DNA of 64,000 nt from Methanocaldococcus indicus. Its GTDB lineage: Archaea > AGJL01 > Methanococci > Methanococcales > Methanocaldococcaceae. Positions 1-10,372 of this stretch are shown in pieces (position 1 is the stretch's first letter; every line of letters begins with the position of its first letter). The position numbers and the translations under genes are program-made. The stretch covers positions 480,001 to 544,000 of the forward strand of contig NZ_CP186926.1 in NCBI RefSeq assembly GCF_049554935.1, given 5' to 3'. The notes under the pieces were generated by a model that saw nothing but the letters and a program-made list of their open reading frames with translations, was not told the origin of the DNA and did not search any database.

Positions 1-289
1 TTAGCCCAATATCTGGAGGATTTTTTTCAGCCCATTCAATTAAATATTTAGCAAATTTTCCAATATTGACTCCTTCTTTTTCTAAACTCTTCATTAAAGC
101 AATTGCTTGCTCAGTATCATCTGTCCATTGTCCTTTTTTTAGCTTTCCTTTTAAATAATTCTTTGGTTCAACATAATCATCAACATATCCATACAACTCT
201 TTTATTTCCTCTTTTCTTAAATTTTCAGTTGGCATTCCTAATGCATCTCCTACAACAGCTCCAAACACTGAATAATAAATTTTATTCAT
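1..289 (-). CDS. ADP-ribosylglycohydrolase (DraG/ARH family), 5' part; runs off the window edge
   Basis: Manual minus-strand translation from ATG 289: [24 protein letters not shown]...[13 protein letters not shown]...PPDIGL. GDALG, WTDDT and DIG motifs are typical of the family. AGGTGAG RBS at 294-300. Confidence 0.9.
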   Translation of the reverse strand, partial: MNKIYYSVFGAVVGDALGMPTENLRKEEIKELYGYVDDYVEPKNYLKGKLKKGQWTDDTEQAIALMKSLEKEGVNIGKFAKYLIEWAEKNPPDIGL

Positions 290-310
290 TAAACTCACCT
301 AATCCAATCC

Positions 311-330
311 AGGAAGGAAATTTCCTTCCT
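311..330. promoter_or_regulatory. Perfect 20-bp palindrome containing two overlapping NrpR operators (GGAA-N6-TTCC)
   Basis: AGGAAGGAAATTTCCTTCCT. GGAA-N6-TTCC occurs at 312-325 and at 316-329, upstream of an ammonium transporter. Confidence 0.85.
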
Positions 331-338
331 AAATAACC

Positions 339-347
339 GTTATATAC
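339..347. promoter_or_regulatory. TATA box, possibly bidirectional (amt / draG-like)
   Basis: TTATATA on +, TATATAA on -, centred between the divergent starts. Confidence 0.55.
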
Positions 348-368
348 CTAATTAGGAATTAGGACGTA

Positions 369-382
369 GGTAAAATAGTTCC
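369..382. promoter_or_regulatory. Near-consensus NrpR operator over the expected amt transcription start
   Basis: GGTA-AAATAG-TTCC (one mismatch), about 25 nt downstream of the TATA box. Confidence 0.6.
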
Positions 383-398
383 TATGGGTGGTTATGTT

Positions 399-1550
399 AT
401 GAAAGGGATAGATGTATTTTTCTTTTTATGGGCAGCATCATTAATATTCTTTATGAAGGCAGGATTTATAGCATTAGAAATAGGACAATTTAGAGCTAAG
501 AATGTTGCATATCATTGTGTTTTAAAATTGTTGGATTTAGCTGCTGTTTTTATTGCCTATCTTTTTATTGGTTATGGTATTTCCTATGGTTTTGAATATA
601 TATATCCACTTATAACAGGTAATTTTGATGCTGAGTTAGGGGCTTGGTGGATGAAGATGGTTATGTTTGCAGCTGCAGCTGTAACAATTATAACTGGTGG
701 TGTAGCTGAAAGAATAAAAATATTACCTTACTTTATTGGTGCTTTAATTGTAGGTGGTATTTTATATCCTATTGTTGAACATTTGGCATGGGGAGGAGGA
801 TTTGCAAGTTTAGGAATTAATTACCATGATTTTGCTGGAAGTGGAGTAGTTCATTTATTTGGAGGGTTAGTAGGATTGATGGCTGCTTATGTTTTAGGTC
901 CAAGAATTGGAAAGTATATAGATGGAAAACCAAGAGCAATTCCAGGACATAATATACCAATAGCAGTTTTAGGAGCATTTATATTGGCTTTTGGATGGTA
1001 TGGATTTAATATAGGAAGTGCTTCAGCTGTGGGAGATGGTTTAGAGTTAGTAAGTGTAGCAATAGCAACCACAATGGCATTAGCTGGAGGAATTATTGGA
1101 GGTGCTTTAAGCTCAAAAAATGACCCTCTCTATACTGCTAATGGTATGTGTGCTGGATTAGTAGCTGTATGTAGTGGAGTTGATTTATTCACACCTATTG
1201 GAGCATTTATAGTAGGATTAATAGCAGGATTTCAACAACCATTTACATTTAAATTTATTGAAGAAAAATTAAAGATTGATGATGTTTGTGCTATTGGTCC
1301 TGTTCATGCTATGAGTGGTTTTATTGGTGTTGTATTAGCTGGAGTTCCATTTTTATTGAAGAATGCAAATGAAGTTTCATTAATTGGGCAAATAATAGGA
1401 GCAATAGTTATAGCATTAGTTGCAATTGTTGGAGGGTTAATTATTTATAAAGGTTTAGATATTATAATGGGGTTAAGAGTTGATAAAAAATCTGAAGAAG
1501 AAGGGTTGGATATTGCAATCTTACAAACTTCTGCCTATTCCAATGAATAA
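399..1550 (+). CDS. amtB: Ammonium transporter (Amt family)
   Basis: DFAGSGVVH, FGWYGFN and DDV..GPVH motifs, multiple TM helices. ATG 399 preferred (RBS GGGTGG). Confidence 0.95.
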   Translation: MKGIDVFFFLWAASLIFFMKAGFIALEIGQFRAKNVAYHCVLKLLDLAAVFIAYLFIGYGISYGFEYIYPLITGNFDAELGAWWMKMVMFAAAAVTIITGGVAERIKILPYFIGALIVGGILYPIVEHLAWGGGFASLGINYHDFAGSGVVHLFGGLVGLMAAYVLGPRIGKYIDGKPRAIPGHNIPIAVLGAFILAFGWYGFNIGSASAVGDGLELVSVAIATTMALAGGIIGGALSSKNDPLYTANGMCAGLVAVCSGVDLFTPIGAFIVGLIAGFQQPFTFKFIEEKLKIDDVCAIGPVHAMSGFIGVVLAGVPFLLKNANEVSLIGQIIGAIVIALVAIVGGLIIYKGLDIIMGLRVDKKSEEEGLDIAILQTSAYSNE

Positions 1551-1568
1551 TTTTATTTTTGTGAGACT

Positions 1569-2813
1569 ATGGAACTGATATTAGGCATATTCTATTTAGG
1601 GGTTACATTAGTTTTTGGAGCATTAGTAGCTAAGTTGGCTGAAAAATTTGATATTCCAGATATTCCATTATTACTTTTAGTTGGAGTATTAATTGGTCCA
1701 ATTCTTCATATTATGCCCACTAAATCAGCAATGGACATTTTTGATATTGTTGGTCCAATTGGGCTAATTTTTATATTGTTAGGTGGAGCTTTCACTATGA
1801 GGATGTCTATTTTAAAAAATGTTATGGGTCCTGTTATTAGGTTAGATACTATTGCATTGGTTATTACTTTATTAATTACTGGCTTAGCTTTTAATCTTAT
1901 AGCTGGTTTGGATATCTACAATCCAGCAGGATATCTTATTGGAGCTATATTATGTGCAACTGACCCAGCTACATTAATTCCTGTCTTTTCCAAGGTAAAA
2001 ATAAATCCTGAAATAGCAATAACATTAGAAGCAGAAAGTATATTCAATGACCCTCTTGGAATAGTTGCAACAACTCTTGTTTTAGCAACATTAGGATTAG
2101 GAAAATCTGTAAATCCAATAATTGATTTAATTTCTTTAGCTGGAGGAGCAATTATAGTTGGATATATTGCAGCAAAAATATTCAAATGGGTAATTACAAG
2201 AGCTAAATTCTACGAGTATGTTGCACCTCTTGTATTAGGAGGGGCTATGATTCTATTATATTTAGGTGAATATCTATTCCCAAAAATAATAGGTTATGGT
2301 TTTTCAGGATATATGGCCATAGCAATAATGGCATTGATATTGGGAGATGATTTATCAAAAATAGCTGAAGAAAAAGAAGACTATGAATGTATTGTTAAGT
2401 TTTCAGATGTTTTAGCATTATTGTCAAGAATATTTATATTTGTTTTCTTAGGTGCTTGTGTGCAATTAGATGTATTATTCAAGTACTTTGTTCCTGGTTT
2501 AATAGTTGCATTAGTATCTATACTAATAGCAAGACCAATAGGTGTATTTATAGCATTGATAAAAACTAAATTTAATTTTGGAGAAAAGCTGTATATTGCC
2601 TTAGAAGGTCCAAGAGGAGTAGTTCCAGCTGCTTTAACAGTTACAGCTGCTATATTGATATTGAAACATATTGATGTTATATCAAGATTTGTTCCAAATC
2701 CTACTGAATACTCTCATTTAATATTAGTATCTGGTTTCTTAACAATATTAGTTAGTGTTATTTTAGAGGCATCTTGGGCTGGAATTTTAGCTGAGAAGTT
2801 GTTGAAAAAATGA
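1569..2813 (+). CDS. nhaP1: Na+/H+ antiporter, CPA1/NhaP1 type
   Basis: [12 protein letters not shown] and GPRGVVP motifs, hydrophobic. Confidence 0.9.
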   Translation: MELILGIFYLGVTLVFGALVAKLAEKFDIPDIPLLLLVGVLIGPILHIMPTKSAMDIFDIVGPIGLIFILLGGAFTMRMSILKNVMGPVIRLDTIALVITLLITGLAFNLIAGLDIYNPAGYLIGAILCATDPATLIPVFSKVKINPEIAITLEAESIFNDPLGIVATTLVLATLGLGKSVNPIIDLISLAGGAIIVGYIAAKIFKWVITRAKFYEYVAPLVLGGAMILLYLGEYLFPKIIGYGFSGYMAIAIMALILGDDLSKIAEEKEDYECIVKFSDVLALLSRIFIFVFLGACVQLDVLFKYFVPGLIVALVSILIARPIGVFIALIKTKFNFGEKLYIALEGPRGVVPAALTVTAAILILKHIDVISRFVPNPTEYSHLILVSGFLTILVSVILEASWAGILAEKLLKK

Positions 2814-3196
2814 TTATTGAAGGAAAAGTAGTATCTGGATTGGGAGAGGGAAAAAAGTATTTATCCATAAAGAAGTATAAGGAAGATATTAAAAAGTATT
2901 TAGGATTTTATCCTTATGAAGGCACTTTAAATATTCTTTTAAATAATGAAATTGACTTTTCCAATTTTAAATATTTTGAGACAGAGGATTTTACCCACAA
3001 CAATAAAAAATATTATGGAATTAGATTAATTCCAGTTAATATATTAATAAATGATACTAAAATTTCTGGTGGAATAGTTTTACCAAAAAAAACAAAACAC
3101 AAAAAAAATATATTAGAAATAATAGCTCCTATAAAGTTAAGAGAGAAATTTAACTTAAAAGATGGTGACACTATAAAAATAGAAGTGAAAAGATGA
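2810..3196 (+). CDS. ribK: CTP-dependent riboflavin kinase
   Basis: [17 protein letters not shown] and EIIAP.KLR motifs. Confidence 0.92.
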   Translation: MIIEGKVVSGLGEGKKYLSIKKYKEDIKKYLGFYPYEGTLNILLNNEIDFSNFKYFETEDFTHNNKKYYGIRLIPVNILINDTKISGGIVLPKKTKHKKNILEIIAPIKLREKFNLKDGDTIKIEVKR

Positions 3197-3882
3197 ATAA
3201 CGTAGAGAAAGCTATTAAACATTTAAAAGCTGGAAAGATTGTCTTAGTTTATGATGCTGATGATAGAGAAGGAGAAACTGATATGGTTGTTGCCTCAGAG
3301 TTTATAACTCCTGAACATATAAAAAGGTTAAGAAAAGATGCAGGAGGATTAATTTGTGTAGCTATACATCCAAAGATAGCTGAAAAATTAAGAATTCCTT
3401 ATATGGTTGATATTTATGATGTAGCAAAAGAAAAATTTAGAGTTTTAGAAGAACTCTATCCAAATGATATTCCTTATGATGAAAAATCTTCTTTCTCTAT
3501 ATCCATAAACCATAGAGAGACATTTACAGGAATAACTGACAAAGATAGAGCTTTAACAATTAAAAAACTATCTGAATTGGTTAAAGAAGAAAGATTTAAT
3601 GATTTTGGGAAAGAGTTTAGAAGTCCAGGTCATGTATTCTTATTGAGGGCTGTTGAAGGATTAGTTAAAAATAGGAGAGGTCATACAGAGATGACAGTTG
3701 CATTGGCAGAATTGGCAGGACTTACCCCGATAACAACAATATGTGAAATGATGGGAGATGATGGTTATGCTCTCTCTAAAAATGAAGCTAAAAAATATGC
3801 TGAAAAACATAATTTAGTGTTTTTAGAAGGTGAAGAATTAATAGATTATTATCTATCTCAATCAGATAACTCTTCTAAGTAA
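3193..3882 (+). CDS. ribB: 3,4-dihydroxy-2-butanone-4-phosphate synthase
   Basis: [22 protein letters not shown] and RRGHTE motifs. Confidence 0.95.
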   Translation: MNNVEKAIKHLKAGKIVLVYDADDREGETDMVVASEFITPEHIKRLRKDAGGLICVAIHPKIAEKLRIPYMVDIYDVAKEKFRVLEELYPNDIPYDEKSSFSISINHRETFTGITDKDRALTIKKLSELVKEERFNDFGKEFRSPGHVFLLRAVEGLVKNRRGHTEMTVALAELAGLTPITTICEMMGDDGYALSKNEAKKYAEKHNLVFLEGEELIDYYLSQSDNSSK

Positions 3883-4796
3883 TCTTCTAACTTTATACCT
3901 TGATTTTCAATAATATCCATCAATCTTTTAGTTATTATATTTAAACATTCTTCAACTGTCTTGCTTATTTTAATATTTTCAACAACTGGAATACCTTTCT
4001 GCTTAGCTGTTTTTACCATATAATCATTAATTAACCTAATAATTTTAAAGTGTTTTAAATATCTCTCTGTTGGTCTGCTTGAAACTTTACCTCTTGAATA
4101 AAATCTCATTTTGTGTAGTTCCTCATCACTAACAGTTAAAACAATAGGGATAATATATGGATTTTCAAGATATTTATCATCTAACAGAGATGGGACTATG
4201 TGAGTTCCTTCTATAATAACACTTTGCCCCTCTACCAAACATCTATTAATAACTCCTCCTACTCCTGTTAAAACTATCTCACTGTGTCTTTCAAATCCAA
4301 TAATATACTTATTGTCATTTTGGATATTTTCTTTTAAAACTTTCCATGCTGTATAACTTGATTCAAATAAAGTAGGGACTAAATCTCTTGTTATTGTTTT
4401 TCTCATAACTTCTCTTATAGAATCTGTTCCAATAACACTTGGTATTCCTAACCTTGATGCTATCTCAAAGGCAATTGTGGAAGTTCCTACACCACTTGCT
4501 CCTCCAATAAGAATAGCTAATGACATCTTAGATAAAACTATCCTCCACAGTAAGTATCTTTTGGCTATATCTTCAAAACCTTTTGATAGTAGATAGTAAT
4601 ATACTCTTCTTCTTAGCTCATTTTTTTTAATTTCAGTTATATTTTCCTTTTTTAAAATATCATATATTTCCAAAGCCAACCTGTAAGCGACAGATGGTTT
4701 TAATCCAGCAGCTGTTAAGGACCTTGCTAAAATTCCCTTTGAAAATGGGATTTTAACTCTCTTACCAACAACAATTATATCATCATTCAATGTCAT
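3858..4796 (-). CDS. pgk2: 2-phosphoglycerate kinase with N-terminal ATP-cone domain
   Basis: [14 protein letters not shown] cone, [10 protein letters not shown]-loop, TDSIREVMR. Confidence 0.9.
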   Translation of the reverse strand: MTLNDDIIVVGKRVKIPFSKGILARSLTAAGLKPSVAYRLALEIYDILKKENITEIKKNELRRRVYYYLLSKGFEDIAKRYLLWRIVLSKMSLAILIGGASGVGTSTIAFEIASRLGIPSVIGTDSIREVMRKTITRDLVPTLFESSYTAWKVLKENIQNDNKYIIGFERHSEIVLTGVGGVINRCLVEGQSVIIEGTHIVPSLLDDKYLENPYIIPIVLTVSDEELHKMRFYSRGKVSSRPTERYLKHFKIIRLINDYMVKTAKQKGIPVVENIKISKTVEECLNIITKRLMDIIENQGIKLEDYLEELSD

Positions 4797-5397
4797 CAAT
4801 ATCTACCTTCTCAGCATTATAAAGCTCCTTAGCTCTTCTATAAACTTTTAAATCATCCTCATCAGAAACAACAAAATAAATCTTTTCTGGATTAATCTTC
4901 TTTATAAATTTTTCAATGTTCTTTTTAGTTATTTCAATTTTCTTCTTGATTCCTAATAATGCCTTTTCATCTTTGATAATACTCTTATAATCTTCAATAT
5001 CTAAGAATCCATCTGTTGAGACAACATACAACCCTTTATTTTTAAGCTTTCTGAATAATTTTTTACTTGATACAATATATAATGCATTTTTATTTAGTTC
5101 TTTTTTTTCATAATGATAGCCAAAGTTAGATAATAACTTATTCAATGAATTAATACTTTTTATTATCAATTTACAAAATTCTTTTGCTTCATCTTCATTT
5201 AAATAGTGATTAGGGGCTTTTTTATAAAGATAGTCATCTGCCTCTAATAAACTATATATAGCATTTCTAAATTCATTAATGTCTATTTTTCCTGGCTTAG
5301 CATCTTTGTAAGATATTTTCTTTGTCTCTACTCTTTTCATCTTCTTTAACTTTGTTATTGTCTCTATCCCCTTCTTTATTAGTTCCTTTTCTCTCAT
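4783..5397 (-). CDS. Conserved methanogen protein (DUF2100-like)
   Basis: [11 protein letters not shown] and LYKKAPNH.L motifs. Sits in an operon with pgk2. Confidence 0.7.
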   Translation of the reverse strand: MREKELIKKGIETITKLKKMKRVETKKISYKDAKPGKIDINEFRNAIYSLLEADDYLYKKAPNHYLNEDEAKEFCKLIIKSINSLNKLLSNFGYHYEKKELNKNALYIVSSKKLFRKLKNKGLYVVSTDGFLDIEDYKSIIKDEKALLGIKKKIEITKKNIEKFIKKINPEKIYFVVSDEDDLKVYRRAKELYNAEKVDIDDIE

Positions 5398-6631
5398 TTT
5401 CTAACCTCTCTAACTCTTCAACCAACAATAATAAAAAAGTTCCTACATCTGTAACAACACCAATAGCTTGGGAAGTTCCTCTATCCATCAACTTAGTTAC
5501 AACTGCCTGATTAATATCTACACATATTGTTTTAACCCATGATGGTAATAAATTACCTGTTGCAATTGAATGGAGCATAGTTGAAAGCATAATAACCATA
5601 TCTTTTCCTTTTAATAGTTCTCTCATCTTGTTTTGTGCTTCAACAACGTCAGTTATAACATCTGGTAGAGGACCATCATCCCTAATACTTCCTGCTAATA
5701 CATAAGGAATATTGTTTTTTATAACTTCATACATAATCCCATCTTTTAATAATCCCTCTTCAACTGCCTTTTTTAAAGAACCAGCTCTCATAATTCTATT
5801 TATAGCTCTCAAATGATGACTATGCCCTCCTGGAACTGATTTCCCTGTTTTTAAATCTATTCCCAAAGATGTTCCAAAAAAGGAAACTTCTGCATCATGA
5901 GTAGCCAAAGCATTTCCTGAAAATAGTGCTTGCACATATCCCATTCTTATTAACTTTGCTAATGCATCTCTTGCACCTGTATGCACAACAGCAGGTCCTG
6001 CAACTACAACAATTCCTCCCTTTCCTTCTCTTCTTACTTTTTCTCTAATCTTATACATCTCCTCTGCAATATTTCTTATAATTGTCTTTTTAGGTTTTTC
6101 AGATGATGCCTCAGATTTCATAAACTCAAATAATCCCTGTTCTCTTGGCTTTTCTGGTGGAATAACCCTAATTCCTTTATACCCTACAACTACCAAATCT
6201 CCTTTTTTTATCTGTCTAATTGTTTTTACTTCTACCCTCATCTCTTCTGGATAGACAACAATAGCTCCATCCATTTTTTGGTTTTCAACTTCTATCCATT
6301 GTCCTCTAAATCTAATAAATGTCTTATGATTTGTTGTAGAGTAAAAATTTTCTGGTAAGACCCAATCTCTCTCAGCAGGTTGTAGTTCAACCTCCTCTAT
6401 TTCAGGAATTTCAGCACCAAGTTCTCTTAATTCATTTAGAATAGTGTCTAAATGTTGTTCATCTTTTCCTATAACTAATATTTTTGCATAACTTGGGTCT
6501 ATCTTTCTCTTACCAATTTCAAACTCTAAAACTTTATAATCTCCTCCTAATTCTAAGATTTTATCAAAAACTTTTGGTAAAATTAAACTATCAATAATAT
6601 GTCCTCTTAGCTCAATCTCTCTCATAAACAT
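5297..6631 (-). CDS. TIGR00300 family protein (LOR/SDH-related, probable non-canonical ornithine cyclodeaminase)
   Basis: [31 protein letters not shown] and KLMDRG motifs. Confidence 0.88.
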   Translation of the reverse strand: MFMREIELRGHIIDSLILPKVFDKILELGGDYKVLEFEIGKRKIDPSYAKILVIGKDEQHLDTILNELRELGAEIPEIEEVELQPAERDWVLPENFYSTTNHKTFIRFRGQWIEVENQKMDGAIVVYPEEMRVEVKTIRQIKKGDLVVVGYKGIRVIPPEKPREQGLFEFMKSEASSEKPKKTIIRNIAEEMYKIREKVRREGKGGIVVVAGPAVVHTGARDALAKLIRMGYVQALFSGNALATHDAEVSFFGTSLGIDLKTGKSVPGGHSHHLRAINRIMRAGSLKKAVEEGLLKDGIMYEVIKNNIPYVLAGSIRDDGPLPDVITDVVEAQNKMRELLKGKDMVIMLSTMLHSIATGNLLPSWVKTICVDINQAVVTKLMDRGTSQAIGVVTDVGTFLLLLVEELERLENERKGTNKEGDRDNNKVKEDEKSRDKENILQRC

Positions 6632-6644
6632 TTAAAATCCCTCA

Positions 6645-7532
6645 TCACAAGTATTTTTTAAGAATTACATTATCTCCAACATTAACTCCTAAATTGTTTG
6701 CTACTGGCTTACATTTAGCTTTTAAAATAAAATAGACCTTTTTATTTATCTTATATTCTGGGAGAGATTCATAATTACCCATACCTTTAGCAATAATAAT
6801 GTCTGAATCATTCAGATGTTTTTTAAATTCCTCTGAACATTCCTCTAATAAAATTCCAATAACATCAGAGCCAGTTGTAATTATTTTAGCTACTTCATCT
6901 ATTTTAGCTACTTTAGCATCTTCTAATGTAGCATCATTTAGAATAGGTTTTCCTTTAACTACTACTACAACTTCTTTATTGTATTTTTTAAATTCTTCCA
7001 TTAATAACTTATCAAAAACTATCTCCCCAGCATTATCACAAATATATAAAATTTTTTTAATTTTATCATTTTTTAAATCCTCTAATAAATCTCTTGTATA
7101 GTCAATTTTTAAATCTTCATTTAAAGTTTTAAATATTAAATTCTCAATATCTACATCAGTACTGTATGCTCCATAATCAATAACATTTCCTGCTATTGTT
7201 GAAAGTATAATTTTTCTTAATCTTAAATAACTATCCTCTAAATTACACTCTTCCTTAACAATATCATAATATTTTAAAGCTATTTTGTTGGCTATCTCTT
7301 TCAATCTTTTGTAAGGGTCTTCACATCCACTTATCTCTTTTAGATACCTATGAACTCTTGTCCCCATCTCAGCAGGAATTATATTTTTGTGATAATATTT
7401 TTTTATTACATCAAAACAGTTATTTACTAATTTAAATTGTTCATCTTCATTGTCAGTTATCTCTTTTACTGCATCAACTACTTGTCTAACTATGCAAATA
7501 GCACATTCTGGTTTTATATACAAATCTTTCAC
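6645..7532 (-). CDS. Damage-control phosphatase, DUF89/ARMT1 family
   Basis: CxxC, GNVID, DNAGE.VFD, KGMGNYE and KAKC motifs. Confidence 0.9.
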   Translation of the reverse strand: MKDLYIKPECAICIVRQVVDAVKEITDNEDEQFKLVNNCFDVIKKYYHKNIIPAEMGTRVHRYLKEISGCEDPYKRLKEIANKIALKYYDIVKEECNLEDSYLRLRKIILSTIAGNVIDYGAYSTDVDIENLIFKTLNEDLKIDYTRDLLEDLKNDKIKKILYICDNAGEIVFDKLLMEEFKKYNKEVVVVVKGKPILNDATLEDAKVAKIDEVAKIITTGSDVIGILLEECSEEFKKHLNDSDIIIAKGMGNYESLPEYKINKKVYFILKAKCKPVANNLGVNVGDNVILKKYL

Positions 7533-7535
7533 CTT

Positions 7536-8000
7536 CTAAAATATTTTTTTTCCTAACACTATTGGGAGTATTGCTAAGGAATGTTTAATTAACCTACTAA
7601 TAAATACTGCTAACATGTATTTAGGAAATGGCATTTCAAAACTTGCACAGACCCAACATATTACCTCAAAGGGAATAGGTGTAAAGCTTGCTATAACAAC
7701 TCCTAAAACACCATACTTTTCTAAAAATTTTCTACCTTTAATTATTTTTTCTTTATCAAAAAGTTTATACATTAATTTTTCTCCATACCTAACTGCTAAA
7801 AAGTAAGTTACACATGCTCCCAAATTACTTGCTACTGTTGATACAATTATTGCCAATCTCCAATCTAAACCTAACAAAACTCCTGTAGCTAAAAAAATCT
7901 CTACTGGAAAAGGTTGAAATATAGGTTCAGAAAATCCAATAATAAATATTCCAATATATCCATATTCTTTAACCAAATTTATAAAAAATTCTTTTAGCAT
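7536..8000 (-). CDS. DedA/YqaA (SNARE-associated) membrane protein
   Basis: E..FQPFP.E and FTPIPF motifs, TM pattern. Confidence 0.85.
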   Translation of the reverse strand: MLKEFFINLVKEYGYIGIFIIGFSEPIFQPFPVEIFLATGVLLGLDWRLAIIVSTVASNLGACVTYFLAVRYGEKLMYKLFDKEKIIKGRKFLEKYGVLGVVIASFTPIPFEVICWVCASFEMPFPKYMLAVFISRLIKHSLAILPIVLGKKIF

Positions 8001-8054
8001 TTAATATCCCAATTAGGTAAATAATTAAATAATAAATATTTATTAGGTAATATC

Positions 8055-9428
8055 ATGTTGTTCTTATTAGGAGGAATTTTAGAGCTTTTGGGGTATATAA
8101 CACTCTTACCATCATTAGTTGGAATAATATATAATGAATATTACTGTTCAATAATATTTATTATTTTGGGAATTTTTACAATATTTTTAGGAAAAATACT
8201 AAAAAAGTTCAAAACCAAAAAAAAGATAACACTAAAAAATGCTATGATTGTATCTGCTTTATCTTGGTTGATAGCTTCACTAATTGGTGGAATTCCATTT
8301 TATCTATTACTACATAATTTTGGATATATTGATGGTGTTTATGAAAGTATGTCTGCATGGACTACAACTGGAATGACTTTAATATCCAATGTTAATGTTG
8401 TTCCAAAAACAATTTTATTTTGGAGAAGTTTAGAGCAGTGGATTGGTGGAGTTGGGATATTAGTATTTTTTTCATTAATTGCAGGTAATTTAGCAAATAT
8501 TTTATATGTTTCTGAGGCAAGGCAGGAGAAGATATTGCCAAGTTCCATAAATACAGTAAAAGCTATTGTAAAGATATATGTGCTATATACTGTTGTTGGA
8601 ATCTTGCTTTTGTTTTTCTCAGGATTGAGTTTATTTGATGCAATAAATTTAACCTTTACTGGAATATCTACTGGGGGGATGAGTGTTAGTAATTATAGTT
8701 TCCCATACAATGATTTAGCTAAGATAGTTATGATATTTATAATGCTTGTTGGTGGAGTTATCTCATTTAATGTTCATTATAAATTATTAACAGGAAAATG
8801 TTGTAATGATTTACAGCTTAAATATGCTATGATTGTTATCTTCATAGTCTCATTAATTATCTATTTCCATGACCATGTAGATTTTTTAGATTCTTTGTTT
8901 TTAGTTACTTCTGCTTTAACATCAACTGGATTTACAACTTTCAATATATCAACACTCTCTAACTTTTCCCTATATTTGTTAGTTTTTGTTATGTTAATTG
9001 GAGGAACAACTAACACAACAACTGGAGGGGTAAAAATTATTAGATTTTTAGTTATTTTAAAGACAGTTTATTATGAAATAAAAAAACATTTCTATCCAAA
9101 ATCAGCAGTTTTTTATGAAAAATTGGGAAATGAAGAGCTAAAAATAGAAAGTATAAGAGAAGCTTTTACTATGTTTATATTATATTTGGGCACTTCCTTT
9201 ATAATTTCATTATATCTAATATATGCTGGAATTAATCCATTATGTGCCATTTTTGATGGAGTTTCTTTTGTTTCAAATATTGGACTATCCTTAGGAGCTG
9301 TAAATTTAAATTCTCCTATCTTAGCAAAAATTTTAGGTATTTTTGGTATGTGGGCAGGAAGATTAGAATTTTTCCCAGTGTTAATATTAGTAGTAGAGTT
9401 AATAAGAATTATTTATAAAAAACTTTGA
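8055..9428 (+). CDS. trkH: TrkH-family potassium uptake membrane protein
   Basis: SAWTTTG, STGG, STTGF-like, GGVKIIR and GRLE pore motifs. Confidence 0.92.
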   Translation: MLFLLGGILELLGYITLLPSLVGIIYNEYYCSIIFIILGIFTIFLGKILKKFKTKKKITLKNAMIVSALSWLIASLIGGIPFYLLLHNFGYIDGVYESMSAWTTTGMTLISNVNVVPKTILFWRSLEQWIGGVGILVFFSLIAGNLANILYVSEARQEKILPSSINTVKAIVKIYVLYTVVGILLLFFSGLSLFDAINLTFTGISTGGMSVSNYSFPYNDLAKIVMIFIMLVGGVISFNVHYKLLTGKCCNDLQLKYAMIVIFIVSLIIYFHDHVDFLDSLFLVTSALTSTGFTTFNISTLSNFSLYLLVFVMLIGGTTNTTTGGVKIIRFLVILKTVYYEIKKHFYPKSAVFYEKLGNEELKIESIREAFTMFILYLGTSFIISLYLIYAGINPLCAIFDGVSFVSNIGLSLGAVNLNSPILAKILGIFGMWAGRLEFFPVLILVVELIRIIYKKL

Positions 9429-9429
9429 A

Positions 9430-9448
9430 AGGTTGTCAAAAAATTATA
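9430..9448 (+). repeat. Orphan terminal repeat of the IS5-like element at 58526
   Basis: AGGTTGTCAAAAAATTATA matches 58526-58544 at 18/19 positions. Confidence 0.6.
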
Positions 9449-9462
9449 ATAGTATTATGTTG

Positions 9463-9674
9463 ATTTAATTGTTTGTATCCCGATTAAAATTCCAACCAAA
9501 CAGTAATCTACCAAGTCATCCGAATTGGCTATACCTAAAGTATTTTAAATTATTAACGAATAATTCTTTAAGTGCTGGTAGTATGGTTTAATCACCGTTT
9601 TTTAATAAGGTATTTAAATCGATACTATTTTATTGTTTTAGTTTATAATTGATAATGAGAATTCATACTATCTT
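9463..9674 (-). mobile_element. Truncated, inverted left end of the IS4/IS701-like element
   Basis: Reverse complement aligns with the element's reconstructed left end (GATAGT.TGAATTCTCATTATC...AAAGAATTA...CAATTCGGATGACTT.GTAGATTACTG). Confidence 0.85.
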
Positions 9675-9703
9675 ATAAGTAATGAGAAAATAGAGGGGTT
9701 GTT

Positions 9704-9823
9704 ATGGTGATTAACAACTTTTACATTGGATTTGTTAGCTTAGCAATTTTTATTTTTGGAATTACACTTATGTTTTATCTTTGGGCGGTTAAGTTTGATA
9801 AAAAGTATTTTGCTAAGTTCTAA
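9704..9823 (+). CDS. Small 39-aa single-pass membrane protein
   Basis: MVINNFYIGFVSLAIFIFGITLMFYLWAVKFDKKYFAKF. GAGGGG RBS upstream. Confidence 0.6.
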   Translation: MVINNFYIGFVSLAIFIFGITLMFYLWAVKFDKKYFAKF

Positions 9824-9877
9824 ATTCCCATTGTGTTATACTTTTTTTATGATGTGATTATGTATCAGGTGAAAAAA

Positions 9878-10131
9878 ATGAAGATAGAGGATTATATTGA
9901 AAACTTACAAATTACAAAAAATGAAATAGGATTTTACAAATGTCCATTTGTGATTACACAAATGCTGATATTAAGACAGTAAAAAAGCACATAAAAAGAG
10001 TTGAAAAGTTGAACAAACAAAAGAAAAAGTCCCTAAAGAAGCAGATTAAAAAACCACAGAAAAAAGATAATTACAAGAATTATATGTTGTTATTTGCACA
10101 TATTGTTGCTTTGATACCGTTGGAAGAATAA
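9878..10131 (+). pseudogene. Frameshifted C2H2 zinc-finger protein, probably a decayed zinc-finger-Hfq/Sm fusion
   Basis: AGGTGA RBS. MKIEDY...GFYKCPF, then a -1 shift at about 9949 gives CDYTNADIKTVKKHIK...YMLLFAHIVALIPLEE. Confidence 0.7.
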
Positions 10132-10372
10132 ACCTATGGAGAGAGTTGCTGCTATTGAGTTAATAAAATTACTATTTGTAGTTAAATAAATATTCCTACT
10201 GGTTGTAAAATTTTTTAGACTGATAGTGTGAATTCTCATTATCGATTTTAAAACCAAAAAAATAAAATAGTATAGTTCTAAATATTTCATCAAAAAACGG
10301 TGAAACATCTATGCTAACCACACTTAAAGAATTACTCGTTAATGGTTTAAATACTTTAGGTATAGTCAATTC

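Noticed and set aside
103-336. 77-aa plus-strand ORF
   Set aside because: Antisense shadow of the DraG-like gene and the operator region.
10090-10308. 72-aa minus-strand ORF
   Set aside because: Spans the IS left end and the zinc-finger relic with no coding signal.
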